Below, in pieces: positions 1 through 13,425 of a stretch of 64,000 bases of DNA. This stretch comes from Phoronis australis (Eukaryota; Animalia; Phoronida): the NCBI GenBank assembly GCA_002633005.1, contig NMRA01000720.1:96727-160726 (forward strand). The letters run 5' to 3'. How positions within the stretch are numbered: position 1 is the first letter of the stretch; every line of letters begins with the position of its first letter. Position numbers and translations under genes: made by a program. Under the pieces are notes generated by a model. That model worked only from the letters and a program-made list of their open reading frames with translations. It was not told where the DNA came from and ran no database searches.

Positions 1-629
1 TACCCTACGTCATGACATCAAGTTCTACTGACCATCCCACTTCATTCGTTTGCATATACTGTATGTATGTAGTATTCATTGCTGTCATATTTCTCTCACA
101 TCATTCTCTTATGTGTACTGTAGGTGTGCAGGACTTTAATCGGTCTCACTAAATATCACGTCTGCTTCCTTTTGTGAATATTAAGTTCCTTACAAAGGGA
201 CTTTGTTCTTTGCACAGTTAACAGTGGTTAATGTTGAGTGCATTAGAAATGATGAACCATTGTTCAGATAAGTCGTGAAGGGGAAACCATTGTGTTTGGT
301 TGTTTTAGTGAATAATTAGACGATAGATAGGTCAAAATATTTCCATGACGATGGTAATGTTCAGACTTCAGTGAGCGCACAGACTGAGAAATGTTCACTC
401 AACAGTTTACAGGTTGAGACCTCTTCCTATTGTTGGTTCAGAATTTAAACATCAGTCTCAAAAAATGGGGCAGTAAGGTGGCCTGCTGTGCTAAAAACCC
501 CTGATGAGAACGCCGTGGTCACTTCTGTTGATACTATGTATACAGCACTGCTTATAGCTTTCTCTTTCAGGTGCTGTAGGTTTGCTGTTGTCAATAGAGC
601 TGTTATTATGTATTCCCAACACACTCTTC

Positions 630-3600
630 TCATTCCAGTACAGCATTCTCTTGTAAGTGCTGAATGTTTGCAGCAAGTGACTGTGCCAGAATCATGAATT
701 CTGCCACCTTTTTCGTATCGTCACCAGCAGGCATCTCTGATTTAACTGTGGTCAAATCCTTCTTTAAGTTATCCACCATTTTGGTCAAGGAGTTGCTATA
801 GAAGATAGCTGATGCACATTTTTTAATCATGGCCTTGACCTTGGGTTTATCCGTCTGCTTCTCCACTTTTGGTTTGGCTGTCATAACTTTCATCACCGCA
901 TCTTCAATGCTTGGCCTTTCTGGACCTTGACCCTCTTTCTTGACCTTGAATCGTTTGACTTCCCTTTTAAGGTGCCTTAGTCGTATGCTGAGTTCCGCTG
1001 TTGGGTTTTCCCCAAGGTTCAACGCGTTAACCTTGGACTCAAGATCTTTGATTGAATTCTTCACAGTCTTCAAATCACCTTCCTCGACATACCCATACTT
1101 GTCGTCAGTTGGCACTGTGTTGACGATTTCTTGGACTTCCACTGGAATAAAGAAGAAAATGAAAGCATGAGATTCTGTTGTTACCATAAACCTGTTGCAT
1201 CAACTGCTTAGAATTTCTCAATGCTAGTGAAAGGAATTTTAATTTTTTGAAAATTTTCAACAAGACAAATATTTTACTTGATTGCGCTATTCATTCATTT
1301 TTGTCATTTGCGGTTTGTCTTATTTACTGATTCTGTGAAGTTGCCATTTTCGGCATTTTGTTCATTCCCTTAATATACACATTGTGCCAATATAGTAAAG
1401 CTATTCATATATTTACTAAGTACAAGACTGTGATAACTCAATACAGGGGTTCTGCATGTGATTGCCTACCTTTCTTTAGCACTGCTTTAATGTCTTTGCG
1501 TGACGTGTATTCCTCCGCCACTTTGCCGTTATTATCCCGGACGTGAATGTCTGCACCGCCATCTACCAGCAATTCGACCACGTTCAACTGGTCAGAGCGA
1601 CATGCGTGGTGGAGTGCTGTCTTTCCAGATCTGTCCTTTAAATTCAAGTCAGCACCCTCTGTTATCAGCACTTCTATTGCACGGATCTTTCCAAATATGG
1701 CTGCGCAGTGAAGTGCTGCCCAACCTTCAAAACAGTAGTTTGTATCATTTTGAGGCTGATCAAAATAGCTGAATAAATTTGTGACATGATGATTTATGTA
1801 AACAGTCATTTAAATGTGTAGCACTTTTTCGACTTCATTTTAAACTAAAATGCAAGAAAAATCTTATGTTTCCTCCTCCCCCGACTTGCTTCCCTTGACT
1901 CCTCCCTCCCCAAAATTCTCCCTTTCCCTGAATCCTCCCTCTCCCTGACCTGCCACCCCTGCTTCTCTCCTCCCTCTCCCTGACTCCTCCCTCTCCCTGA
2001 TCCCTCCCTCTGCTTCACTCCTCCCTCTCCCTCAGTTTTCCCTCTACCTGACTTATCCCCTCCCTGACTCCTCCTTCTCCCTGGCTCCCCCCTGTCCCTG
2101 ATTCCCCCCTCTCTCACTCCTCTCTCTCCCTGATTCCTCCCTCTCCCTGACTCCTCTCCCTTCCTGACTGCTACCACTCTGATTCTACCTCTTAGCCCCT
2201 CCCATGCTCTCAAGTTCTCTCATCTGTCAAGTCTTAATATTTTGGTACAATATCTTTCACTGCAGTAGCATTGAACATTGATTTTCACACCTTCATTAAG
2301 AAACCTGTGATATGGCTTTCATGTCTAAGAAAATGTGCTATGTCTCAAAATTCAATCAATCAATGAATTTGCAATTAATATCTTAACCTACACCATACAA
2401 AACATGTGTACCTTAGAAACACCAAAAGAGTACACTTCTCTATCACCGTCAGTAATGTTGTAGTTTAGGTTAACAATTTTATGTAAGAGCTCAGGAATTT
2501 TCTCCTGTAATCATGTCTTCTCTTCAAGTCTTCAAACTCCGGTCTTTCTCCCAATTTCCTCCACCCCTTCTGTTCTCTCCACCCCTCCCTGCCCTTCCCA
2601 GCTCCCCTCCCCCTCTCTATCAAGCTATAATGAACTGTCTCACCTTTCTTGTTCTGATGGTTGAGACTGGCGCCATTGTCTATCAGCAAGATGGCCATGA
2701 TCTCCACGTGATCCTTACAAAGGGCATGGTACAGTGGAGTATTACCCTCGTCGTTAGCCAGGTCCACGCTGGCTCCATTCTCCACCAGTATCACCGCCAT
2801 CTTGATCCACCCCTCCTTTGCTGCTTGTGCTAACGCTGTGTTGCCATAGGCGTCGCTTAAGTCAGGGTCGGCTTTTTCAGACAGCAGGAGCATAGCAACA
2901 GCGCTGTGACCATTCTGTGACGCCCGTTGTAGTGCAGTCCTGGAAGTTTAGATAATCTAATGTATGTTTTTGAATTGTCATAGGCTAAAGTAGACATCAT
3001 TCAAATTGGCTCGGTGATGATTTAATTTAAGATACATTTTCGTTATTAGATCCTAATGTAATGACAAGAATGCAAATGTCTGTATCTGCTCGTACTTAGG
3101 CTCACGACTCTGTAACTGGGAAACTCCAAAAGCCAGTGGTTAACCAGTTAGACTTCTAAAATATTCACATGTTGGTGTGTGAACTGTGCGTGACCTCATC
3201 TTTATTCATCTATTTATTTATTATAATTGTGATATTTAAAATGAGGGTGGCCTCTTCAGTGATAGCACTGCTTTCCAAGAGGGCCCTCAACAAGAAAAAC
3301 AGTAATATAATACTATGAAGTAATAAAACAACAATGAAATATACGTAACAAAGATACAATTAAAACAGGTTGAGAATTAAGACAATAACTAAATGACAAA
3401 TAATGGTAAAAATTTAACTAAGACAGATGAAATAAATTAAGAGATGATTCTAGACAGTGAGTATTTACGACAATGAAAAAATGACATGATTAAGACAGGC
3501 AGGGTATAAAAGGTTAAGTAAATTACAGCCACTTTTAATATTTACTTTAAAGGTAGTAATTGAATTGGACCGTTTAATTTCTTTCATGCAGGTGGACCTG

Positions 3601-6600
3601 AAGTTTGAAATCTTCAGGGTTAATATTACACTTAGGAAGCAGGTGAAAGCGTCTGATGCTTTGAACTACGTGTTTTATGTAAATTGATTTTCAAACATTA
3701 ATGAAACTCATTCTGTATTCTCAGCTGTTGAAAAAGAAGGGCAAAATTGCATCTTAAAATAGATATTCATTACTTATGCCCTCGCTTTAATTTATATCAG
3801 AACATAGCTGTGGCATTATGTCCCAAGAAGTTAACACATTCGCTGCTCTCCTCGGGTTGAGATTAATATTCTTTGTGTAAAATTGATCTTGTAGCAACGT
3901 AAATTTAAACAGAAAGGTCATTTTTACTTCATTTTCATTTGAGCTAGACTTGGTTGTCCTACTTCCCCTTCCAATTATCCCTGCTTTAGATAGGCAGTGC
4001 TTGACTTACCTCCCCTCTTTATCCTTCCAGTTTACGTCTGCTTTGTGATCAATGAGTTGTTTGACTATATGTAGGCATCCTTTGTCTGCTGCAATACACA
4101 GGGGTGTGTTGCAGACTTCGCCACCGTTGTCAATACAGGGGTCAGCGCCGTGCTGTAATAACACCTGAGGAGCAAATGATATATCTTGTAAAGTACATCC
4201 ATGTTAGAGGTTCTCAAATCTGTGGGTAAAATATCGTTGCTTAGTCCCACCATGTATATGTACAGTGTAATGTTGGCAAAATGCCAGGTATTTACTAGCT
4301 ACATTTCCATGTCCCATTGTGTCTTCCTCAGATGTAACTGACACAGTTCTCAAAACTCACTGAAAATGATTTAAGTTTGAATACAAACTATTTTGGTCAC
4401 ATAAACTTTTTTTGAGTTAATTNGCTGCAATACACAGGGGTGTGTTGCAGACTTCGCCACCATTGTCAATACAAGGGTCAGCGCCGTGCTGTAATAACAC
4501 CTGAGGAGCAAATGATATATCTTGTAAAGTACATCCATGTTAGAGGTTCTCAAATCTGTGGGTAAAATATCGTTGCTTAGTCCCACCATGTATATGTACA
4601 GTGTAATGTTGGCAAAATGCCAGGTATTTACTAGCTACATTTCTGAACTTGAATTATGTGGTTTGGTGGAGAGACATTTACGTGTTTTTGGAGGTGCAGG
4701 CGACATTATGGGCCATTTTGTCAAGAGATTTTATGTCCCATTGTGTCTTCCTCAGATGTAACTGACACAGTTCTCAAAACTCACTGAAAATGATTTAAGT
4801 TTGAATACAAACTATTTTGGTCACATAAACTTTTTTTGAGTTAATTTTGTTTTAATTATTTAATTGTAAATGATACTGTTGTTGTAGTCAGACACGTTTT
4901 TCTAGTTTTGTGAGTCTGATGACTTGGCGTATAACTTATTAATAAGATAAAATGGTCTCCTGAGTTATAATATGGACTTGCTGCAACACTGCACAAGTCT
5001 AGAATAGTTAACTCGTCAACTCATTTCACATTTTGAGTGATTAAGGTTTTGTAGGTGACGAAAACTAGCCAATGACGTAGGTTTTAGGACAGTAATTTTT
5101 GTACTCGGTGGTCTCATTCTTCACATTGAGTACAGTCTTGTCCTACCTTAGTTGCAGCAATTTGTTAAATAATAAATACCAGCTGAGACTATTTTCTATT
5201 TTTGAAATGCTTCATATCACTATACAGTGTGTTTGAACCGTCCCTGCATATCACTATACAGTGTGTTTGAACCGTCCCTGCATATCACTGTACAGTGTTT
5301 GAACCGTCCCTGCATATCACTATACAGTGTGTTTGAACTGTCCCTGCATATCACTGTACAGTGTGTTTGAACCATCCCTGCATATCACTGTACAGTGTGT
5401 TTGAACCGTCCCTACTCCTGTTTCACGTGAATGTACCAAGTGTCAAAAATCTATCAAATTGAATCGATCTGTCATTCCTTCATCAATCAATTCTTCATCA
5501 ACAAAGAACATTACTAACAATTGTGTCAGTAGACGCCTTGTCAAGTAAAAATGAACAAATGGTAATTATGATTTATTGAAATCAAATATCAGCTAACTCA
5601 GCTAGTTGTGATATCTCTCTGAGCCTGTCCTCTGCTGAATATATCAGTTGTTACGCAGCAATAACTTGATGATCAAGACTGGGGTACTAAAACGGTCTCA
5701 CAAAATGTTGACATTATATTGTTAGAAGTATTTGTTTGTCAAACAGTCACTCTCATGTTGTACAACTTGTATGGTGTGTGTTTATTGAAAAGCCCTGTAG
5801 CTGGTATGATTCTCAGCTCCACCTTAGCTGACGTGATTCCCAGCTCCATTAATCAAAAATTACACATTAACCATTTCTGATACCTTGCTATTCCTCAGAT
5901 TTAGCAGCATTTACTCAAATCTGTTAACATCGCAAAAGGCATTTTCATACTGATTTAACTCCTGTCGCATCAAATTGTTAACTGCGAAATTAAGCCGTTC
6001 ATACTGGCTTCATTAGTTATCGGACTTCGCAACAATTGGTAGGTGACAATGTTGTCATCAAATTAATTGTAAGGTAGCACTGATTGATAAGATTTTTTAA
6101 TGTGCTAATTTGGGAACATGTACATTGTGCTAATTGGCATAAAACTTATATTTAATTCAATTGGAGATATTAGAGCACTACTCTGTATTAGTTGACAGTA
6201 ACAGTGACACCTAGAGATAACTTGGATGGGACTGAAGTTGACCGTTCATACTGCACCACAGCGTCGATGCTCCGTTGTTTAATTCATCTGTTTACTGCGA
6301 AGATAAATAGGTAACTGGTGCTGTTAACTTTAATCCAGGACTGAAGTTCAGCGTTCATATTGAGTGCAACTCACCAAAACATCGACGTGTCGACGTTTGC
6401 ATGTCTTGTCATGGATACAAATTTTGATATTTTTTAAGGAATTAAACAAAAGAAATAAAAAATCATCACTTTCATTAATGTGGCTGTTACCCCAGTCCGT
6501 CAGATTTGTTTCATTTCCTAAAATTCACGTCATTCTCTTCTCAATGTAAAAATGTCTGCACTGTTCTCGTTTTGCGCGACGCAAAAGTCACATTTACACA

Positions 6601-7812
6601 AGAAGCAGCTGACCTCGTGCAAGTTTGTGTGTAAACACGACTGACACGGAGCAGGTGATACTGCGGCGGCCAGTTTTTGACAGACAGAGTGCTTACCTAC
6701 TAGGCAGAGCGAGATACACCCAATCAGTTGTTCCAGCTTCAACTACATGGCTAAACACAACTCGGGGCAGGGCGTAAATGGGTGATCACTGAATGCACTT
6801 ACGCAGTAGCTTGTATTCGGGTGATCAGCTGCCATTTCATGTGGTTTAGACATTCACTAATCTTTATAAGAGCACACGCAGACAATTCTCGTGTAAGTGA
6901 CTCATAGTGATCCAGTTGTTCCACTGCAGTACAACATTCAGAATGTGGGTGTACTCGTGTCCACCATTTTGGTAGTTGGATGCACTGGAGGCCAACCTCT
7001 GGAAAGTGGGCCCTGTGTTCAAGATGCACAGAGGCCAGCCTCTGGAAAGTGGGCCCTGTGTTCAAGATGCACGGAGGCCGGCCTCTGGAAAGTGGGCCCT
7101 GTGATCAGGATGCACTGGAGGCCAACCTCTGGAGAGTGGGCCCTGTATTCAGGTAAACTCTGAGTACGTGTTGGGCAATGCAATGGAACTCTCTCATGAA
7201 GTGTCGAAGTACACAGTTATTGTACTAGTGCATAGTTCTTGTTCTAGTTCATAGTTCTTTTACTTTATATTTTGTCTTTTGAGATTTAACGCGTCATTAT
7301 TTCTGTAAATTGGTGTCTATATTTGCACTTAGATCATTACTACAGCACAGTTTAGGATTTCCTAATTAGAAATAAGCTACTACTGAGTTATACATTGATC
7401 CTGTGTTGTTTTTCTCTTCGTCACATGTTTGCTAAAGTCCAAATCATGACGCATGCTGGAGCCAACATGTCTCTCTCTGTCTTACCTTGACAACATCTTC
7501 ATTTTTGCGACTGGCCGCAATGTGTAACGGTGTAGAACCTATGTCGAACCAATAAAGACCTTGTCTGACAGTGTGGGTCAGTCTGAGGTTGATATCCACT
7601 CCCGTCTTCAACACCCGTCCCAGTATAGCCAGATCACCATACAAGCACGATGCATGAAGTGGGGTCGTGCCTTTACGCACGGCGGCACTACAAAGTGCCT
7701 TGGCCTCTTTTTCATGTTTTTTCAAGATGGCCGCCACCTCACTGCCATCTTTTTCTTTTATCGCCTTTATGAGATCTTCAACATCTTCAGGGCTGTCTTC
7801 ATAATCTGACAT
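630..7812 (-). CDS. Ankyrin repeat protein (8 ANK repeats plus helical/coiled-coil C-terminus), ~514 aa, 5 coding exons
   Basis: Exons 7812-7486, 4164-4010, 2939-2644, 1724-1470, 1141-630. All have GT-AG boundaries and consistent phases (0,2,1,1); total 1545 nt. ANK motifs GTTPLHAS, GSTPLHIAA, CNTPLCIAA, GRTALQRAS, GNTALAQAA, GNTPLYHAL, GWAALHCAA, GKTALHHAC. Probable non-coding upstream exon ending at CAG|GTAAGT (8802). Confidence 0.88.
1875..2210. repeat. Polypyrimidine/polypurine low-complexity repeat (CTCCCTCTCCCTGACTC-like)
   Basis: Degenerate C/T-rich units in the ankyrin gene intron. Confidence 0.8.
3200..3590 (-). mobile_element. L2/CR1-type LINE 3' fragment
   Basis: (ATTT)n tail, a 3' stem-loop GAGGGTGGCCTCTTCAGTG...GCACTGCTTTCCA shared with 30047-30150, and residual minus-strand coding EIKRSNSITTFKVNIK resembling CR1/L2 ORF2 ends. 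Confidence 0.6.
4086..4846. other. Tandem duplication split by a single n (4423): likely unmerged haplotype overlap
   Basis: 4086-4422 and 4424-4846 are near-identical apart from a few SNPs and a ~87-bp indel. The second copy repeats part of ankyrin exon 2 and is truncated exactly at the n. Confidence 0.75.
5213..5412. repeat. ~35-bp minisatellite (CATATCACTRTACAGTGTGTTTGAACCGTCCCTG), about 6 copies
   Basis: Direct tandem copies visible in sequence. Confidence 0.9.
6978..7153. repeat. ~44-bp minisatellite, 4 copies
   Basis: GATGCACTGGAGGCCAACCTCTGGAAAGTGGGCCCTGTGTTCAA-like units. Confidence 0.9.
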
Positions 7813-7988
7813 AGTTCTAGAAGTGAAAGCTTGATATGAGGGAGGTCATAATGTGACATAGTTCTAGAAGTGAAAGCTTGATATGAGGGTGGTCATAATG
7901 TGACATAGTTCTAGAAGTGAAAGCTTGATATGAGGGTGGTCATAATGTGACATAGTTCTAGAAGTGAAAGCTTGATATGAGGGAGGTC
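7799..7988. repeat. 47-bp tandem repeat x4 containing the 3' splice site and start codon of the ankyrin gene
   Basis: Units start at 7799, 7846, 7893, 7940; minus strand reads ...GCTTTCACTTCTAG|AACTATGTCA(G/C)ATTATG. Confidence 0.9.
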
Positions 7989-10900
7989 AGGAACCAATGG
8001 AAAACTTAATGAAACAATATGTCTTTAGTTTCTGATTTCCAATTTGTAAGCAAAGAAATTTTATCTTGCTCTACCTTGCTCTATTTTTAGCTTGCTCACC
8101 ACTCTAGGCATCTTTATGGTGATGAGTTGATGTACGTACTTCAACTTTGTTGGATTTTTTTAAAAATTTGTAGCCAAATAAGTTTCACAAATCTGTTTTT
8201 CAAACTTGTTTTATATTTTTGGTTGAACTTACTCAATTGTGACATCATCAATTTTTATTAAATATTCACTGCTGACTTCTCAAAGTAAATTTAGTTCCAT
8301 AAAAACTAGTAATAGGGAGCTTGTGAGTATTGAGATGAAAACCAAGACCACACACATAGAATACTCTATCAATGATGTCATACCAAGATATCTTTATTGT
8401 TTTTTGTCATGGTAACCGTTTCATTGGAATGCTTACAATTCAGTTTACTTGGGTCATGGTAAAATATTTGACTTTCAAATTCTTAACTTTGGTTTGATGA
8501 CTTTGATAAGTGATTTAATGTCATTATTTGGAAGAGGTAATAGTTCTTTACACATGTTTGAGAAGTCCCCTGGTGAGGCATGGCATCAGTGCAATACAAC
8601 ACCGAAGTCTTTCATTTAATTCATTTTGCCTATCCTAAATCTTTTACCAATTTATTTTTATTAGAAAACTACAGAATGAGAATTAAAAATTGTCAATTAA
8701 GAGCTGTCGAATGTAAACCAATTTTTGGAAGTTGTTTGATGTTAGTTCTGGTATTAGTAACTAAGAACATTTGGCTATTTTTGTAAACAAACAGAACTTA
8801 CCTGTTTTGCTCAATTCACCTGCTGTAGCAAATACCCTCAACTCTTCTAGTCTTTACACTGAACTTCACCTGTGTGCAAGGTAAGTGATTATTGATTTGG
8901 GTTCATGTTAGACTGTTTATCGGAAACAAGCGCGTCATTTAGTGAAGGTTTACATTGTATAGATAATCAATTACTTAACTGGAGTGGCGAGAAAGTGCAT
9001 CGATACTATTACTAGCGTGGAACATGTGCTAAAAAACTTAATGTTTATTTTAGTCAGTTGTGAAGGTTTAGAGTGAATGCTGGTACATGGCAGTGCCATT
9101 AAATTTCTCTTTATTAGCAATTAGCAAAATATGTCAGATATTTACATCCAGAATTAGGACTAAGTGATCGGAATCTCAGGTGAGGGCTGCTATATTTAGA
9201 TGAAGTTAATTGATAATGAGATATGTGGTTAGGATTTACTTGTTTGAGTGTCAATTTAATTCTGCGTAATTGAAGAAAACGGGATTTAAACAGAAAATGT
9301 GAGCTGTTTGCTTAAATCAGCTTGAAGACACTACATTCAAGTTAGTTTAAAAGGTGATTTGAATCACAGAAGCTAGTTTGAGGGAAGAAGGTTCCCTTGA
9401 CAAAAACTCGATTCTTTTATTTTTATTTTTATTTTTAGTGCAATTATTTACCCAGAATTTCAAGTATTAGTGCATATGGCTGCTTTTGGATATCCCCAGC
9501 TACACAGTCTTACAGCGAAAAGCAATACATCATACAGAACTAATAAGTATTTTGAACATAGCTCATACTGGTTGGGTGTGCAAAACTGTGAGATTGAGCA
9601 ACGGGAAAGGGGAAGGACTTTTATGCACTCACTCACACGCACGCACTCTTTGTTCAACATAAATTATTGTTGCATTTAAATAGCCGTATCTTCATGAAAA
9701 ATGTCAATTTTTAAACAAGACAAAGAAGTGGTTTAAATGAAGTAACATTTGTTATTAATTCACAATTGTAATTTTGTTTTTGAAACTGATGTGACCATCT
9801 TTTTAATGAATAATTACAGTTACTATCCTGTCTAATATTGAAGGACTGATTTAATAATAATTTCTTATAGGGAAACAAAAATAAATATTTAAATGAGGGA
9901 CATATCAGATTTTAGGCATGTTTACACTGTACCTTGATGTGAGTTATCCTTGTTCTACTCCTTGTGCATAGCGTTATGTAGACATCATCACCATCCTCCC
10001 TTCAGAGTAAATCCTGTAGTTGTTTGTGTCTAGCAATGTATATCATGTGGACTGAGTGTGAATGAATTATTTTCTGTTGAATGTATGTCTAATGTAGAAA
10101 CTAATAAGATTGAAATGACGTAATTAACACTGTAGAATGCAAATCACAAGCTTAATGAATTATTAGAGAAATTGTCAGTGCATGAAAAATCCTGTTGTAC
10201 TTAGTCTGTATTGTAAAATGTAACCATCTGGAACAATGTAATGGATAAACTGATGAAGAATTGTAGTCATGACGACCGGGTGTCTTGAGTGCAGCATAGT
10301 TCATGGTGAAAGTATATTTAGTGAATATCCAGGGTGACTGGATATTGGCTCACTAATGTCATGGGAACAAATATGTAGGAACTATTTAGACGGGTGAGAA
10401 ACAACATGACCGCTGGTCCTCTAAACAGGACCTACAGGGATCAAATGGGACCGCTACACCAGAAAATGTGAATGACGCACCTAAAATCATGACCGCCACA
10501 CTACAAAACAGGACCGCCGGGGACTGAACATGGCCGCTGCGGATTGAAACCGCTGTGGCAAACAGGCTAAGATTTATTATCGGTAGGCCTGCACAGATCA
10601 TACAATGGAGCTATATACGTATGCATATTCAGGTCTTGTGCCGATTAATCCACCGAAATCTTTTGTGCGCTACAGGACACTTAGCTTTGTAATCCGCGGC
10701 ACTTTTGAGTTTTACTTCACCAGGCTCTGCTGCGGTATGTGACTTATAAACAGTTGAAAGGTCAACAATTATTAAATCTAACCACAAACCAACCTTGTTG
10801 TTCGCTTTTGAGCTAAATTATAATAATTTTATCTACTGCGTAAGATTTAGAACAAAATGAAATTCATTTTCTTCAATTTGACGTTTTAGTCACAGTAAAA

Positions 10901-11842
10901 AAGAAACGGGCATTCTGGATCTGGGGTGAAGCATCATCATAACTAACCTTTGTGCGGCAAAGCTGTATACTGAATATACAGCCGATGTGGGTAAAAAAAT
11001 GAACATGTAAAATCTTCATCCGGCAAATTAGTGTTATTAATATTATTATTATTATTAACGACACTCTTCCATGAGTAAGTTACATTATTTATCAGTGCTC
11101 GAGAAAAATTGTTGTTCCGTCGTTATTCTGCTGCTAAAATTGAGATGCCTTCATTGGCCGTTTTTTTCCCCCGATTCATCAGTCAGCTCTTGTACGAGGT
11201 TGCGTTCATGGCACAACAAATTATCGAAGCTGGTTTCATCTCGTTATAAGTTTTTAGTATTTTAATGCCAGCAAACCGAATTTCAGACCAAATCGTGCTG
11301 CTGCGAAGTTGTCACCATTTTCCGAAAGATGTTGCAAAATTTTAGGAAATGCTGCGTGCACATGTCACGAGCGCAACAGACCTTTTGTTACAAAAGTTAA
11401 TTAGATTGCTTTTCACTCAAGTGGCTGCAACCTGCAAGGTGAGTGTTGGTTGACTCCTAGATTTTGCATGTGCCTGCTCTTATTGCGAGCTCTACATGTT
11501 GATGTAAGTTTCACGACAAGGTGACGAGCAGAGCTACCCGGGCTGTGGGAAATTTCGGGATGAAACGGAGCTCAATAACGCTGTGCTGCCAAGCTTTATT
11601 TTGGTGATAGTCATGTTAGTAAGCCATTCTAAACTCCTGGTGAGAAAGGCCTGTAAGGGTGTAGGTTATGTATTATTCATTTTTCTTCCAACTATTGCTG
11701 AATCTCCACCATTCCTCCTTTTGTCATTGTGAAGTGAGTGTGTAAACTGAGCAGCTATTGACCCTATGACCTATTGGCCCCAATGGCCTATTGTTTTTTA
11801 TCAATTTATTGATAGTTGGGTAGTTTGTCTGGGTGCATTCTG

Positions 11843-12326
11843 TGACTTGATGTGTTGATTATGAACACTCTGTCCAACTGTCTCAGTCCAATGGCTTGAT
11901 GTGTTTATTGTTTATGAACAATCTGGCTGCCTCAGTCCAGTGACTTGATATATTGTTTGTGAACATCCTATCTGACTGTCTCAGTTCAATGACTTGATGT
12001 ATTGTTTATGGACACTGTCTGACTGTCTCAGTTCAATGACTTGATGTATTGTTTATGGACACTCTGTCGGACTGTCTCAGTTCAATGACTTGATGCATTG
12101 TTTATGGACACTCTGTCTGACTGTCTCAGTTCAATGACTTGATGCATTGCTTATGGACACTCTGTCTGACTGTCTCAGTTCAATGACTTTCGATGTATTG
12201 TTTATGAACACTATCTGACTGTCTCAGTCCAATGACTTGATGTATTGTTTATGGACACTGTCTGACTGTCTCAGTCCAATGACTTGATGTATTGTTTATG
12301 AACACTGTCTGACTGTCTCAGTCCAA
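11843..12326. repeat. ~50-bp minisatellite, about 9 copies
   Basis: TGACTTGATGTATTGTTTATGGACACTGTCTGACTGTCTCAGTTCAA-like units. Confidence 0.9.
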
Positions 12327-13297
12327 CATGTCAGTCTTTCTTACAGTATTTTAATTCATTGAAGTTGTTCGAATTAGCGTATTAATTTGTAATTAATCAA
12401 AAGTATTAATTTCTAGAGAGTTTGTTTACACCTGTTATAGCATGATTACCAACTAAGATTTTCCAATATTTTTGTTTACCATAACATGCCTCATGGATTA
12501 TTTATGGGCTGATTTCTTTCCAAAGCAGTTATGTTTCCACACTTATCAAGCCTATTATATCGTAATGCGTAGAGCACTGTTGAAGATCAAAAGCCTTGAT
12601 GGTCTACTGCTGTGGGAACTACTGTTGAGATTTATCTTGACATTGAAAAGTGATGAGCTGGATGTAGTGTGAAAGGGGCATTCATTCTATTTTAAGAATG
12701 CATGAGTCATAGGTCTGTGTATTGTGCCAGCAAGACTGTATAGTTCAAGTACATCCATTTTACAGATTAGGTTCGAGTTTTAAAACATTGTGTTCATAGT
12801 CGGAATAGAACCTCTCATAAAGCTGTCATTCTTGGGTTATTAAAAGCCTCCTTTTTTGTTTTTTTCGATAAGCATGTGATCGTCAGTTTAAAGGTACAGC
12901 ATATCGACAGTCTTTCTTTAAATGTTTACCTATTAATATACTGTTTAGGAGATAAACTCTTATTAACATGATAATTCGGAAATATGTAAAAACTCATTTT
13001 CCTTCGAAATTTTACTTTGAGATGATGTCAAAAGTGTTATCGACATGACTGACGTAAAAAACTGACTTTTGGTTTAGACCTTGTGTTGGGTTGGCATTGA
13101 CTTGAGTTGTGGCTGGAGAGACCGTTAGTACATAGTGACTTTGAAATTGACCCTAGTGATTGGTTGGGTTATTTAACATCAGTGACATATTAAGGGGAAA
13201 AGTATTAGTTTTAAATGTTGTGCACATCTCTGTTTGTTCTAGAAAAGACTTTTATCATGTTTATTACTGTTTCCTTTCTCTTTATTTATTATGCATT

Positions 13298-13425
13298 AGA
13301 AAGTCGTGACTGGCCCATTAAAAGTCATGTGACGGTCCCATTAAAAGTCATGTGACAGTCCCATTAAAAGTCATGTGACGGTCCCATTAAAAGTCATTTG
13401 ACGGTCCCATTAAAAGTCATGTGAA
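13298..13425. repeat. 23-bp minisatellite, about 5 copies
   Basis: CCCATTAAAAGTCATGTGACGGT units. Confidence 0.9.

Noticed and set aside
1-15. TACCCTACGTCA (YPTS) resembling the ValRS motif preceding the KMSKS exon
   Set aside because: Immediately followed by TGA, with no LETG..ILFFW continuation.
4424-4500. Apparent duplicated or mutually exclusive ankyrin exon 2
   Set aside because: The copy is truncated exactly at an n inside a near-identical duplication, which is typical of an unmerged haplotype overlap.
5930-6900. Repeated CGTTCATACTG motifs and a Cys-rich minus-strand ORF suggesting a DNA transposon
   Set aside because: No matching inverted terminus, TSD or transposase motif was found.
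10388-10560. GACCGC motif cluster resembling transposon subterminal repeats
   Set aside because: No partner terminus was identified, so it cannot be delimited.
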